Shown here piece after piece: positions 12,436 through 24,149 of a stretch of DNA of 64,000 bases. The notes beneath the pieces were generated by a model. The model was not told the origin of the DNA. It searched no databases and worked only from the letters and a program-made list of their open reading frames with translations. Made by a program: the position numbers and the translations under genes. Positions within the stretch are counted from its first letter, which is position 1, and each line of letters starts with the position of its first letter. Origin of the DNA: Mobula hypostoma (Eukaryota); contig NC_086100.1 of the NCBI RefSeq assembly GCF_963921235.1, positions 49,352,001-49,416,000 of the forward strand. Reading direction: 5' to 3'.

Positions 12436-14783
12436 TGTGAGGCTGAAAAAGTTTTCACCTCCTTTGTAATCACTTCGTAATTAACTTTCCTCAGGTGCAA
12501 TATTGCATATTACCTTACTAACTCACCCAATTTGTTGATGTAGATAACCAGAGGATTACCTGAATAAACATCCCCTCTCTCTGTAAGGTCCAACAGTATG
12601 GTAGACTTATAACAGCTCAAACCAAATTGAAGACAAAAAAGCATTCAAAGCATGTCATAAAAATGATAGAGAAGCGCAGAGCTGGGGAAGGAGATATGAC
12701 CCTCTCAAAGGTGCTGAATATACCTCAGAGCTCATTATAAAAAAAGCAGAAAAAATATGAATCCACAGCCCCACTGCCTCGGTCAGGCCACTCCTCCAAT
12801 CTTAGTTGCCAGAGAATGGCACCTGTAAGAGAGGCTATTGTGATGCCAACAGTCACTCTGAGTGAGCTGCGGAAGTCAGTGGCTGCAACTGCATATGAAG
12901 TTGATGTCTTCACAATCTCTAAGCCCTTGCAAAAAAAAAGAGCATTTATGGATAAGTGGCAAGGAAGAAGCCCTGGCTGAAGACAACATATCCTTGCCTG
13001 TATAAACTTTGCAAAGTGTCACCTAGAAGATAAAGACTTGGAAGAAGATCTTGTGATCAGATGAGACTAAAGTGGAATATTTTGGCCTCAAAACTAGGCG
13101 ATGCATGAGGCATAAATCTAATACTGCACATAGCCAGGTAACACCATTGCTACTGTGGAGTATGGTCAAGGTAGCATCATGCTGTGGGTATGCTTTTCAA
13201 CAGCAATGACTGGAAATCTGGTCAGGATTGACAGGAAGGTGAATACTACAAAATACAGAGGGATCCTAGATAAAAACTTGCAAGCCTCTGCCAGAAAGCT
13301 TAAACTGGGAAAGAAATTCATCTTTCAGCAGGACAATAACCCAAAGCACACTGCTAGAGCAACCATGGAGTGGCTACATATGAAGAAAATTGATGTCCTT
13401 GAGTGTTCCAGCCAACAGTCCTGACCTTAGCCAGACAAGACTTCAAAATTGTTATTCACCACCCCTCAAGTTTGTGCAGCTTCAGAGGTGTGTTTCAGAC
13501 AGGGCTATAAGCAGCACTGGAGACTGTATTGGCTCCCTTCCTGTTTATCCTGTATACCTTGGACTTTAGATACAACACTGAGCCATGTCATCTGCAGAAA
13601 TTCTCTGATGACTCAGCAATTGTTGGGTGTATAAAGGGAAGACAGGAGGATGAATACAGGGCCTTGGTGGAGGACTTCATCAAATGGTGCAAGATGAATC
13701 ATCTGCAGCTCAACATCAGTAGGATAAAGGAGATGATGATAGACTTTAGGAAGACTAACACTGCACTATTCCCTGTTACTATTGATGGTGAGGATCTACA
13801 AGTCCTTGGGGGTGCATGTGGATGACAGACTTGAGTGGAGAACAAACACAGAGGCTGTGTACAAGAAGGGCCAGAGTTGCCTCTACTTCCTGACGAGACC
13901 GAGGTTCTTTGGAATATGCAGGCCTCTCCTTCACGTTCTACCAGTCTGTTGTTGCCAGTACAATTTCTATGTGGTGGTGTGCTGGGGCAAAAGCATCAAC
14001 ACAGGTGACACCCACAGGCTCAATAACTGATTAGAAAGGCTGCTCTGTTATTGAAGTCAAACTAGAGGCTGTGGTAGAACAAATGACCCTACAGAAAATC
14101 CTGGCAATTCTAGACAATGTTTCCCACCCTCTGTGTGCCACCTTGGCTGAACAGAGGAGCACTTTTGGTAATAAGACTAAGACAACTGCGCAGCTCCAAA
14201 GAGTGCAGTATGAAGTCCTTCTTACCCTCGGCCATTGGGCTCTATAATGAGTCAACCTTTAGCCGGCGACGTGATGAGCCCCCTCCTGTTGGACTGTGAG
14301 GCAACTGATTTTTTTACTCTTTCTTACTTCTGTTCTAATATTTGTATGTTTGCGCACTTGTAATGCTACTGTGACACTGTAATTTCCTTTGGGCCCAATA
14401 AAGTGTCTATCTCCCCAACTAACCTGGCACAGCTTGAGCAATTTTGCAAGGAGGAATGAACAAAACTTGCTGCATCACAATGTGTAAAGCTAATAGAGAC
14501 TTAGCCAAAAAGACTACTGGCTGTAATAGCTGAGAGGAGTTGTTCAAGTATTGACTAGGTATTGAGCAAAGGGGGATGAATACTAATGAACTGCTAATAT
14601 TCCAGTTTTTAAATTTTTAGTTTTTTCATGCTTTACGATTTTCCCTGTTTTATGGCCTCTCACGTGAAAAAAGGAGCATGTGATTCACAAATTTAAAAAA
14701 TCTCAGTTAAATTGATGAGAATCCCTGGTTGTAATACACATTTATGTGAACATAGGGTTGGGGCTGAATACTTTACAAAACTG
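12436..14783 (+). mobile_element. Tc1/mariner transposon (degenerate) interrupted by a Rex1-type LINE
   Basis: GQGSIMLWVCF...FIFQQDNNPKHT transposase motifs; TIR-like ends GAAAAAGTTTTCACC and GCTGAATACTTT...CTGTA. Confidence 0.85.
13466..14410 (+). mobile_element. Rex1/Babar-type LINE 3' fragment nested in Tc1
   Basis: APFLFILYT...LQKFSDDSAIVG...WCKMNHLQLNISRIKEMMIDFR; ends AATAAAGTGTCTATCT. Confidence 0.85.
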
Positions 14784-15249
14784 TAGTTCTTTTATTCTAA
14801 AATGAATTACATGCTTGCATTCTGGAGTGAAACTTTATTTTTTTTCCCCAAAATATTACTGTTCTCATTAATCCATGACTTGAAATGGTGAAATTGGGCA
14901 CAAATGTTCTCGTGGGTGGTGAATCAGAATGATTCTTGTTTGTGTAGCTTTATGAAGCTGAACCAAAGTAACAGAATAATTGAAGGCTGAATCTCAAAAT
15001 AATATACTAAAACAATAAACTTATAGAACAGATAACTGTATTTACATCACTTATTAATAGATAAAATTCAATCAGATCTACATCACAAAGAAGTTCAGCT
15101 ATTAGAAATATCATATTCTTTGACTGAGATTTTAGAAATTACAATTGACACACCATAAGATTGTTAAAAAATGGGATTTTTTTTCATATACACCCAGAAT
15201 TTTATATGATGCAGAGTTGAATGTAATGTACAATAACAAATACAAACCG

Positions 15250-15735
15250 TGTTCCAAACTGAGTTTAGAGAAATTAAGGGTGATCTTATTGAAATATACA
15301 AGATCCTAATGGGTCATGACAGGGTAGATGTCGGGAGGTTTTCATTAGTGGGAGAGGCTCAAACAAGGGGATGTAATTTCAAGGTAAGGGCTAGTTATTT
15401 AAAACTGGGATACATTATTGTTATTTTAGAGACATAGCACAATTTTAGAGACACAGCACAGAGCAGGTCTTTTGGCTCAACGAGCCGCACTGCCCAGTAA
15501 CCCATCTATTTTAGACTCCAGTCTAATCACAGGACAATTTACAATGATCTATTAATCAACTAACCAATACATCTTTGGAATGTGGGAGGAAACTGGAGCA
15601 CCTAGAAGAAACCTACGTGTTCGCAGGTACAAATGTGCTAACTCCTTACAGACAAGATTGGAATTGAACTTTGAACTCCAACACCCCGGGATTTAATACC
15701 GTCTCATTAACCTCTACCTACTGCGGTGCCCATTC
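15250..15735. mobile_element. CR1 3' fragment followed by a tRNA-derived SINE (minus strand)
   Basis: IKGDLIEIYKILMGHDRVD; SINE core TTTGGAATGTGGGAGGAAACTGGAGCACC, inverted relative to the copy at 27719-27950. Confidence 0.7.
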
Positions 15736-15754
15736 TTCTCAGAGGGTAGTACAT

Positions 15755-16990
15755 CACAGCTCTCCACACAGCCCTTACAAACCTGGATCAGGATAACACC
15801 TATGTAAGAATGCTGTTTGTGGACTACAGCTCAGCTTTTAATACAGTCATCCTCTACAAACTGGTGCAGAAATTGAGCAACCTGGGCCTTGGCAGTTCAC
15901 TGTGCTCATGGATACTGAATTTTCTGAGTAACAGACCCCAAAGTGTCAGGATGGGAGAACACACATCATCTACTCTCATCCTGAACACCGGTACACCACA
16001 GGGGTGTGTTCTCAGCCCCATCCTCTATTCTCTTTTCACCTATGACTGCTCTACCATTCACTCCACCAACACCATTGTCAAATTTGCTGACGATACCACC
16101 CTAATAGGTATCATATCAGACTGTGATGAGACACCCTATAGGGAGGAGGTACAGCATTTGACAAAATGGTGTTGTCATAATAACCTGAACTTGAACATCA
16201 CAAAAACCAAGGAGCTGATAGTAGACTTCAGGAAATCAAAGCGTGTTGAGCACTCTGCTCTGCACATATACAGGAAAGAGGTGGAGAGAGTAGAGAGTTT
16301 CAAGTTCCTCGGTGTCCACATCTCGGCTGACCTCACCCGGACTGCCCATATCTCTTATCAGGTGGGGAAGGCCCAACAGAGGCTCTACTTCCTAAGGAAG
16401 CTAAAGCACGCTCTCCTCCCTCATCACCTGCTGATCAACTTCTATCGGACAACTATAGAGAGCCTCCTGACGTATTGCTGTGCAGTGTGGTTTGCCAGCT
16501 GCACAGAACAGAACAGGAGGGACTTGCAGCGGGTGGTGAGGGTAGCAGAGCGGGTTATTGGCACAACATCACCCTCTCTCAGAGACATTTATACTGGCAG
16601 ACTTCAAAAGAAGGCTACTTGTATTTCAAAGGATCCCACTCATCCTGGACATCACCTCTTTTCCCCTCTACCTTCTGGGAAGAGATACAGAGCATTAAGG
16701 ACAAAAACAAAGAGAGTCCTTAACAGCTTCTACCCACAAGCAGTGAAATGTATAACACCCCTTTCCCTTCTCCTGCCTCCCTCCTAAGACGGCGGTAGCT
16801 AAATGCATCACACTTCCAGGAATGGCAGGTGTGCAATAGTCCTACCCCCCATCCATATATTATTAACTTTGGACTGCACTCCTGAGGTTTTAGACTTTAT
16901 TTTATGTATATATTCTTTGTTGTGCTGCAAAACGTTGAGCTGCTAAACTGTGTTTCATTGCTCCACAACAATGACAATGAAGATAAAGAT
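15755..16990 (+). mobile_element. Rex1/Babar-type LINE, young 5'-truncated copy with a 325-aa uninterrupted RT C-terminal frame
   Basis: ORF 15810..16787: [40 protein letters not shown]; tail ACAATGACAATGAAG. Confidence 0.9.
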
Positions 16991-17340
16991 ACAAAGATCT
17001 CTGCAGTTCTTTCCCAAGGAGTTGCAGAGGCTAACACATTAAAATCTAGTTCTGAAAAAATAGTCAAGTTGAATTCAAGTGTTGATCATTGTGATAATGA
17101 GTGGAACATAGTCCTCAAAATAGACTCAAAAACAATTATGTTCCAATTTCTGACATGAACTATTGTGCTAAATTCAGAAATGTAAAGTGACATGAATAAA
17201 TTTGCAGTAAAATTTTGCACTTTCAAAACTCTCAGCACATTAATGACCTGAAACTCAATTACAATACACTTCTGAAGGTGTTTGAACAGTCAACATTAAT
17301 TGTAAATGCATTTCAAACAAATTGACACAAAGCTGGATCA

Positions 17341-17490
17341 CACTCTTCCTTCAGTTAGTCCTGACGAAGGGTCTCGGCCTGAAACGTCGACTGCGCCTCT
17401 TCCTACAGATGCTGCTTGGCCTGCTGCGTTCACCAGCAACTTTGATGTATGTTGCTTGAATTTCCAGCATCTGCAGAATTCCTGTTGTTT
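17341..17490 (+). mobile_element. solo Penelope 3'-end fragment (hammerhead + tail)
   Basis: 150 bp nearly identical to 49142-49290; no inverted arm or clear TSD. Confidence 0.88.
17357..17392 (+). ncRNA. minimal type I hammerhead ribozyme (Penelope-associated), intact core
   Basis: AGTC-CTGACGA-AGG(GTCTCGG)CCT-GAAA-CGTC-GACT: stem I, CUGANGA, stem II, GAAA, palindromic ACGT stem III, GUC cleavage triplet ending at 17388. Confidence 0.8.
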
Positions 17491-19179
17491 CAGAAAATTA
17501 TATTCACATCAATGTTATTTATAGGTACAATCCAATTACATCTTAAACTCAATGACCTATAGCTACATTGTTTTCACCTAAAAGTAAAATTCTGTATATG
17601 TAATTGCAACGTAAAGAGTATTTCAGTAGAGGGCAGTAAAGCAATAACATTGTTTCAGTAGCAAATATTGATGGTTATTCTTGTCATTTTTAATGCTTTG
17701 AAGTGAATATTAAACATAAATGAAATTAACTTTAATTTATTAGAAGTCATTTGCAGGTTTGCAATGAATTGACCAGTACCAAGGATAACACTAATCTTGA
17801 GGTCCTCTTGCAATAAGTCATCTACAAGTTGTATCCCCATCATGTCCAGCATTTAATGACTATTTGATACAACTGAATGGCTTGCCAGATGCCAGTGAAA
17901 CACTATTCCCACATAGATGACAGGCATGTTTTCTTTCCTATATTGAAATATAGTTTTACTAATAATTTTATTTCATCTTTATATGCTTTACATTTCAGAT
18001 ACTTACATAATCTCACAGCCATTCATCATTGAAGCTCCACAACAGCACTTAGTCCAAAGAAAATTTTGCTGATATAGCATCAAACTCATTCAATGCATTC
18101 TTCGCTGATTTTCATTCTTGCAGTTAAAGAAACACGAGGATAGATGTAGGCCTATTTAACTCGTAAAGCCCCTTGTTTTTCATTGTTATCTGTGACCCAA
18201 ATTTTTATACCTGTTTTTCACTGGCCTTTCATACCTTTGATTATACACTTATCAATCCAAGATGTAAAATTAACCATTGGTACAGCATTCATTTTTATTT
18301 TTTGGAAGTGTCAAACTTTTACATTTTAATGCTTACAACTTTCACTCTTGGAAAAGCTGCCTATAGTTTTTGACGATACCTCTGGTCCCAAAGAAACCAA
18401 ACAGCAAAATTAGCTTCTCTCCAGAGTTCACCCTCAAATAATTTAATTAATTACCCTTTAAACCTTCCAAATTCACAGCAATACATTCTGTGTTTAACCT
18501 CCTCCTTCATTTGAATCCTTGATATCCAGGTATCATTTGTCAGAACCAGAATTGTTTACAATGCTCCAAATGTAGTTCATCTGGGGCTTTGTACAACTAT
18601 ACCATAACACCTATCTTGTTTTAGAGAGTTTAAGACATAAATGCCAATATTCCTTTTACTGCACCCAAAATTTAAATAATTCATGACTTTAATGATCCAA
18701 TTTTACAGGTATGCTTTCTAAGTGACCAGAAACTGTACAGTCCCTCAAATCCAAATGTTTAAACCAACAATGAAATATATTTCTGTAAATTTGGGCATTC
18801 TTTCAATCTATAAATAGGAATTTACAACTGAATACTTCCACATACATTACGTACAATGCTGTTTTTCTTCAGTAACTATCTTTCTATCCATCAACGTTGT
18901 TATTTACAAATACAACCAGTAGTTGCAAGCCTGTCATTGATTGACAAAGACGAGGCATCACTAGAAACATCCTTCAATATTTCCACATTCTTTTCAATAA
19001 AAATGGACACAAGAACTGTTCACAATATTCCAACAGCGGTCCAACGGGTTCCAAGATATAAAAGGTAAGAAACTCTTAGGCTGACCATTAAGATATAGGC
19101 TAAATAAAAGGATAAAGGTGATTTTTGGGGAGGTTTAATACACAGCATAAACAGGGCACCAGGGAATATTCAGGAACAA

Positions 19180-20150
19180 GTGACCTTGGTATACAAGTCC
19201 AAGTCTTCCAGTTCTCAAGAGGGTGCAGGAGATTCACCCGGATGTTCCCTGGGATGTAAAGTTTCAGTTATGAGGAAAGAGTGGGAAGGCTGTGCTTGTT
19301 TTCCTTGGGGCAGAGGAAGCTTAGAAGGGATAATGAAGGAATACAAAATTATGAAAGGCATAAATAGGGTGAATATTAGAGACATCTAAAAAGCAGATGG
19401 CATAGGTTTAAAGGTGTGGGTAAGAGGGTTAAGTGATCTGTGAAAAGAATTTTTCACCGAGATGATGGAGGCAGGTGCAGTCACAAATCGTCCACTAACA
19501 CCACTACAATAGTTAAGAAAGCACAGCAACGCTTGTTTTTCCTCAGGATGCTGAAGAAAGCTGGTCTACCTGAAGAGATGCTGGTGACCTTTTACCGCTG
19601 CACCATAGAGAGCATCTTAACATACTGCATCTCTGTGTGGTATCTCAATTGTACAGCAGCTGATAGGAAAGTACTTCAGTGGGTCGTCTCTAGCGCACAG
19701 ATCATCAGGACACAGCTCCCAGCCCTGGAGGGCACCTACAGCTCTCGCTGCCTAAGGAAAGCTGGAAGCATCTGTAAGGACAATACACACCCATGCAATC
19801 ATCTGTTTGAACTTCTTCCATCTGGCAGATGTTATAAGATTTTCTATGCCTGCACTTCCAGACTGAAAAATAGCTTCTTCCCCAGAATTATAGTTGCTCT
19901 GAACCAATTGATCAAGCATCATCCATAAATTTGTTACATTGCTACTTTAATACTGGTTTTATGGCTGTCATGCATCTGAGTTGCGCTTTCGTACTGCTGG
20001 ACATTGCTTGTACTGGCTGGTTACTTGATTTTATTTATTGTTTATTTATCTTATTTGTTGTTTTATAGCATTGAGTATGAGAGTTGCAACCTCATTTTCG
20101 CTGTATTGGTGCATGACAAATTGTACTATGCAATGACAATAAAGATATTT
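19180..20150 (+). mobile_element. old CR1 3' fragment interrupted by a Rex1-type 3' fragment (about 19490-20150)
   Basis: VKKAQQRLFFLRMLKK...HPCNHLFELLPSGR; tail CAATGACAATAAAG. Confidence 0.8.
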
Positions 20151-20471
20151 CAAATGTAAGAAGTATCCGGACAAGCACTCAAATTGCCATGGTATTGATG
20201 GCTACAGGTCAAGTGCTGGTAAATGGAAATAATATAAATGGGTACTTGATAGCATGGACATCCTGGGCAGAAACACCAGTTTCTGCTGTATGATTCCATA
20301 ATTCCACATATGGAAGCATTTCATTCTTTCTCCCTTCACTAAGTGCAAACAGTTTTGCATCCATAAGTATGTCACCTGAATGTCAAAAATCAGGAGAGTA
20401 CAGCAAAAGTGAATGGTCTGCACATAATTCAATGAAAAGAGCACAAACATGGTTCAATTGGATTAAGACAA

Positions 20472-20477
20472 TTTATT
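20472..20477 (-). terminator. candidate NDUFB5 polyadenylation signal AATAAA
   Basis: tttatt on the + strand, about 108 nt past the NDUFB5 stop codon. Confidence 0.6.
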
Positions 20478-20584
20478 TGTCAAGATAATAATGATGCAAA
20501 CATATACATGATAACTTACTAAACAAGAGTTCCATACATTCTTGGTATTGGTAAATACTCTATTCAGCAATCTTAGTAATCAAT

Positions 20585-20705
20585 TTAGTAATCTGGGCTC
20601 GACTTTGGAGAATTATCAATTAAATTTTTATCCAGCGTTTCATATTGATACCAAGCGCCATCACCTCTTTCTCTCATCAGCCGGCGAACCTCAAGCTGTT
20701 TAAGC
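20585..20705 (-). CDS. NDUFB5: NDUFB5 exon 6 (last coding exon)
   Basis: [39 protein letters not shown]-stop. The six exons sum to 558 nt = 185 aa with consistent phases. Confidence 0.96.
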
Positions 20706-21662
20706 CTATAATTAAAGACAAACAAACTAGCAATTTACTGTAAACGCATTAAAGAGAGTTTCATACAACATTTTACAGAAAGCTGTTTTTGCTTTATCAA
20801 CTATTTTTGATCCCTGGCTGCCAGAATCATAATTTAGCCAAGGGGTGATCAGCTTGTTCCAAGTCCCATAAAATCACTAAATCTTAAATCAACTGGTGCT
20901 AATATGCAAAAACAGTTCTGCAGTAACACTTCACACTTCTGAATTGTGAACTGTCATTTGTCTGGTAATACATTTATTTCTGAAATAGAAGTCCCATTCC
21001 CAAGACTGAAGTACAAAACTCTAAGCTAACACTAACACTTGAGAAGTGCTACGTCTTTGGAAGAGACAATAACTGAAGTGTCATCTACTGTTTTAGATGG
21101 GCATGGCTCTGCTTCAAAGAGGGGCAGGGGAAGTATTCCGGGTATCTTTACTAATCTGCTAAACCAATAGCATAAGATAGTCATTATCTATCATCACATT
21201 TCAAGAATTACTTCGTTTACTGAAAAATGTTTTGGAACATTCTTACATTAGCACACATTTCAACTCTTTTAATGTGCTTGATTACAGTTTAATTACATAT
21301 TTTATTAAGAGCTGCTTTGCACACAATTATTCCTCGCAAGAATTAGCAAGGAATATCCAGTTTGAGAGGTAATGCACTACACCAAGAAAATCAGCATTCG
21401 CAAAAGTAGATTTAAATAAGGTATTTTGATCAGAAGGCATTTCACAAATTGTAATTGGATTTGGTTTATTATTGTCACATGTACTGAGGGACAATGAAAA
21501 GCTTATTTTCTTTAATGTTACAGTATATTTAATTATTTGAAGGTGGATGCCTGGCAGGTTGATATTACCACTGCAAAGATTTGAATTTGAGTACACATTT
21601 TGAAATACATATAGCCTCAAAAGTAATAAGAAAAATGCTATTATAAATTTCCTCCAACTTAC

Positions 21663-21769
21663 CTCAGATCTGCTTTCTCTTCTTCAATTGCAATAAGGGC
21701 CATCATTTTCTCATAACTCTTCTCAGGTGGGTCATAAATATTTCTTGAAATCCACCTGGTTATGGGATG
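21663..21769 (-). CDS. NDUFB5: NDUFB5 exon 5
   Basis: [35 protein letters not shown](R); ttttag acceptor, GTAAGT donor; 107 nt. Confidence 0.96.
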
Positions 21770-21869
21770 CTAAAATAAAAAAAATCTGTGTGACTAGAAA
21801 TGTCATTATTAAGAAATAAAGTTATAAACACAGAGTAAAGTTGTAATTCATTCTGCCATAGTATTGATA

Positions 21870-23905
21870 GGAAATTGGTTCACTAGCAGGGAAATAAAAA
21901 TCAAACATAAATGTGCTCTTTTCTGGTTGATAATATATAACAAGATGCAGGTCACTGGGATTAATCCTATGTTCTCAATTTTTACAATTTTTGTAAATAT
22001 CTTGAAAGAAGGGTCCAAAGATATGGCTGCAAAGTTTGCTGAATAACATGGCTGATTATTTTTTTGGTTTAAGACCCTGCATCAGAAATGATAAGGTGGC
22101 TGGTCTAAAGGGGAGATAATGAGGGGTGAAGGAGAAGTTGACATGTAATAGTGGGAAAATCGGGGGGGGGGGCTGAGATGGACAGATGGAGTCAGTACGG
22201 AAGGTGGAAGGGTGAGGATGGTGACCATTGGATGACAGATTGAAATAGATGGGGAGAGGAAAAACAGGGGAGCAGGCAGAGCCAGGGAGAAAGAGGGTGT
22301 AGGTCCACAGACAGAAGAGGCTGCAGATGACGGAATCTGTTAAAGAAGATGATAAGTGGTATCAGATAAGAGAGAGGTGAAGGGCCAGATGAGAGAGAAA
22401 TAGGAGTTCCAAGTGTGCTCCTTAACAATTGCAACATAATGCCTCTGCTCCTAAACTCTATATCCTGACTGAAGGCCAGCATGCTAAATGCTTTCTTCAC
22501 CAACCTGTCTACTTGAGTGGTCACTTTCTCTAAACTCCACTAATGTATTCTTGGACCCCTCTGTTTCACAACATTCGTCAATTCCCTGCCATTTACTGTA
22601 TAGTTCCTACCCTGGTTTGAAAGCAAAAGTGATTACCTCACACTTATCTAAATTGAAATCCATTTACCACTCCTCAGTTTATCTCCCTAACTGATAAAGA
22701 TCTCTTTATAATTCATTGTAACTTGCTTCACTGTCAACAAGATTCCTTAATTTAGTATCATCAAACTCGCTAATTGTGCCATGTACATTCACATCCAAAT
22801 CATTTACTTAAGTAATGAAAAACACTGACCCCAGTTGGAGGTCAGACCTTTAACCATCACCCTCCGCTTTCTGTCACTAAGTCAATCCAGTAGGTTAATT
22901 GTGTGCATAGCAGGCTGATGGAACTAGATGGTAGAGGGGAATGAAACTGGGTAAACCCACTGTGTCTTGTATCGCTTACTAGGTACAGTCTCCCAGTTCC
23001 TTCTCTAACATTTGTTGATTTCAAGTACTCTTACAATGTTCGCCACAGCAATTATCTAACTGGTCAGTCTTTCAGCAAACAAGTTTTGGATATGCCCATG
23101 CCCTATTGTAACAGTGGCATTCTCACATCCAGATTAGGATTCACGCCTCGTCTCAGATAGTCAATCTGAAACAATCAACATTAAGCCCAGGAAACTGAGT
23201 TTAACCTCCTGTTCAGAAGAAGCCACGTTTAACACTATAATGTCCAATTAGGAGATCCATTCAAATCCACGATGGGATTTAGTGCAGGGCAGTCATTGAG
23301 AGATCACTCAACCAGCCTTTCCAAAATGCAGGCAGATCCTGTCTTTCAAAATTCCCTCCAGTAACTTTCCAACCACATGATTAGTTTGGTTGAAGGAATC
23401 AGAGGGCAGTTTTTCCAGACTTGAGGTCTGCGAACATTGATGTGCCACAAGGATCGGTACTGGATCACCGATTCCTTGTCAGCTTATATTAACAATTTGG
23501 GTATGATGCCAGGTTCACCAGCCTTTAGTTCCCTGGCTTGTTGTTGCAGCCCTTCTTAAATAAAGGCACAATATTAATCATCCTCCAGTGTTCTGGTACC
23601 TCACCTCTAACTAAGGAAAATACAATAATTCCAGCCATAGCACCTGTAACGTCTTCCCTTGATTAGTGAATTTGTCACCTGTAAGGTTACTAGTCATGCC
23701 ATATACATTCTCTCCTAACCTGCTAGGACACACGTGGTCAGACCCCAGGGATTTATTCACCCTTGTGCCCTTTGAGACTGCAACCCCACTGTTCTCTTCC
23801 CTGAATTCCCTAGCTTCCATGACTTCTCCATGGCAAACACTTGTGATAAGATTTAATTAAGATCTTGCTCATCTCCTGGTGGTTCCACACATTGATCCTG
23901 AAGGT
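21870..23905. mobile_element. cluster of old CR1 fragments and a Penelope 3' UTR remnant in NDUFB5 intron 4
   Basis: AAKFAE, QVDRLVKKAFSMLAF, KSLGSDHVCPSRL fragments; purine-rich stretch 22080-22400. Confidence 0.65.
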
Positions 23906-23914
23906 ACACCATAC

Positions 23915-23976
23915 CTTGTAGTATTCCCAGTGCTCTGGAACATAACCTTCAGGAATATCTGCAAGCTCAGCTTCAC
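23915..23976 (-). CDS. NDUFB5: NDUFB5 exon 4
   Basis: (G)[20 protein letters not shown], a hallmark NDUFB5 segment, inside ORF 23810..24001; 62 nt; AG/GT borders. Confidence 0.97.
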
Positions 23977-24149
23977 CTGCAAAAAGCAACAAATGTAACA
24001 TTCAGAATATACATTTTTAGAAAAAAATGCAATTTATGCTTTTCTTGAAACAAATAAGACTTTGCATGTTCCACATTATCATTTTGCTTGGCCACATATT
24101 TTAACTGACGGTAATTTCTGAAAAGGAGAAAGGAGGACCTAAAGTGAAA

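Noticed and set aside
15810-16787. 325-aa ORF as a host gene
   Set aside because: It is the 3' half of a Rex1/Babar RT, intronless, with a LINE tail and multiple degraded relatives in the window.
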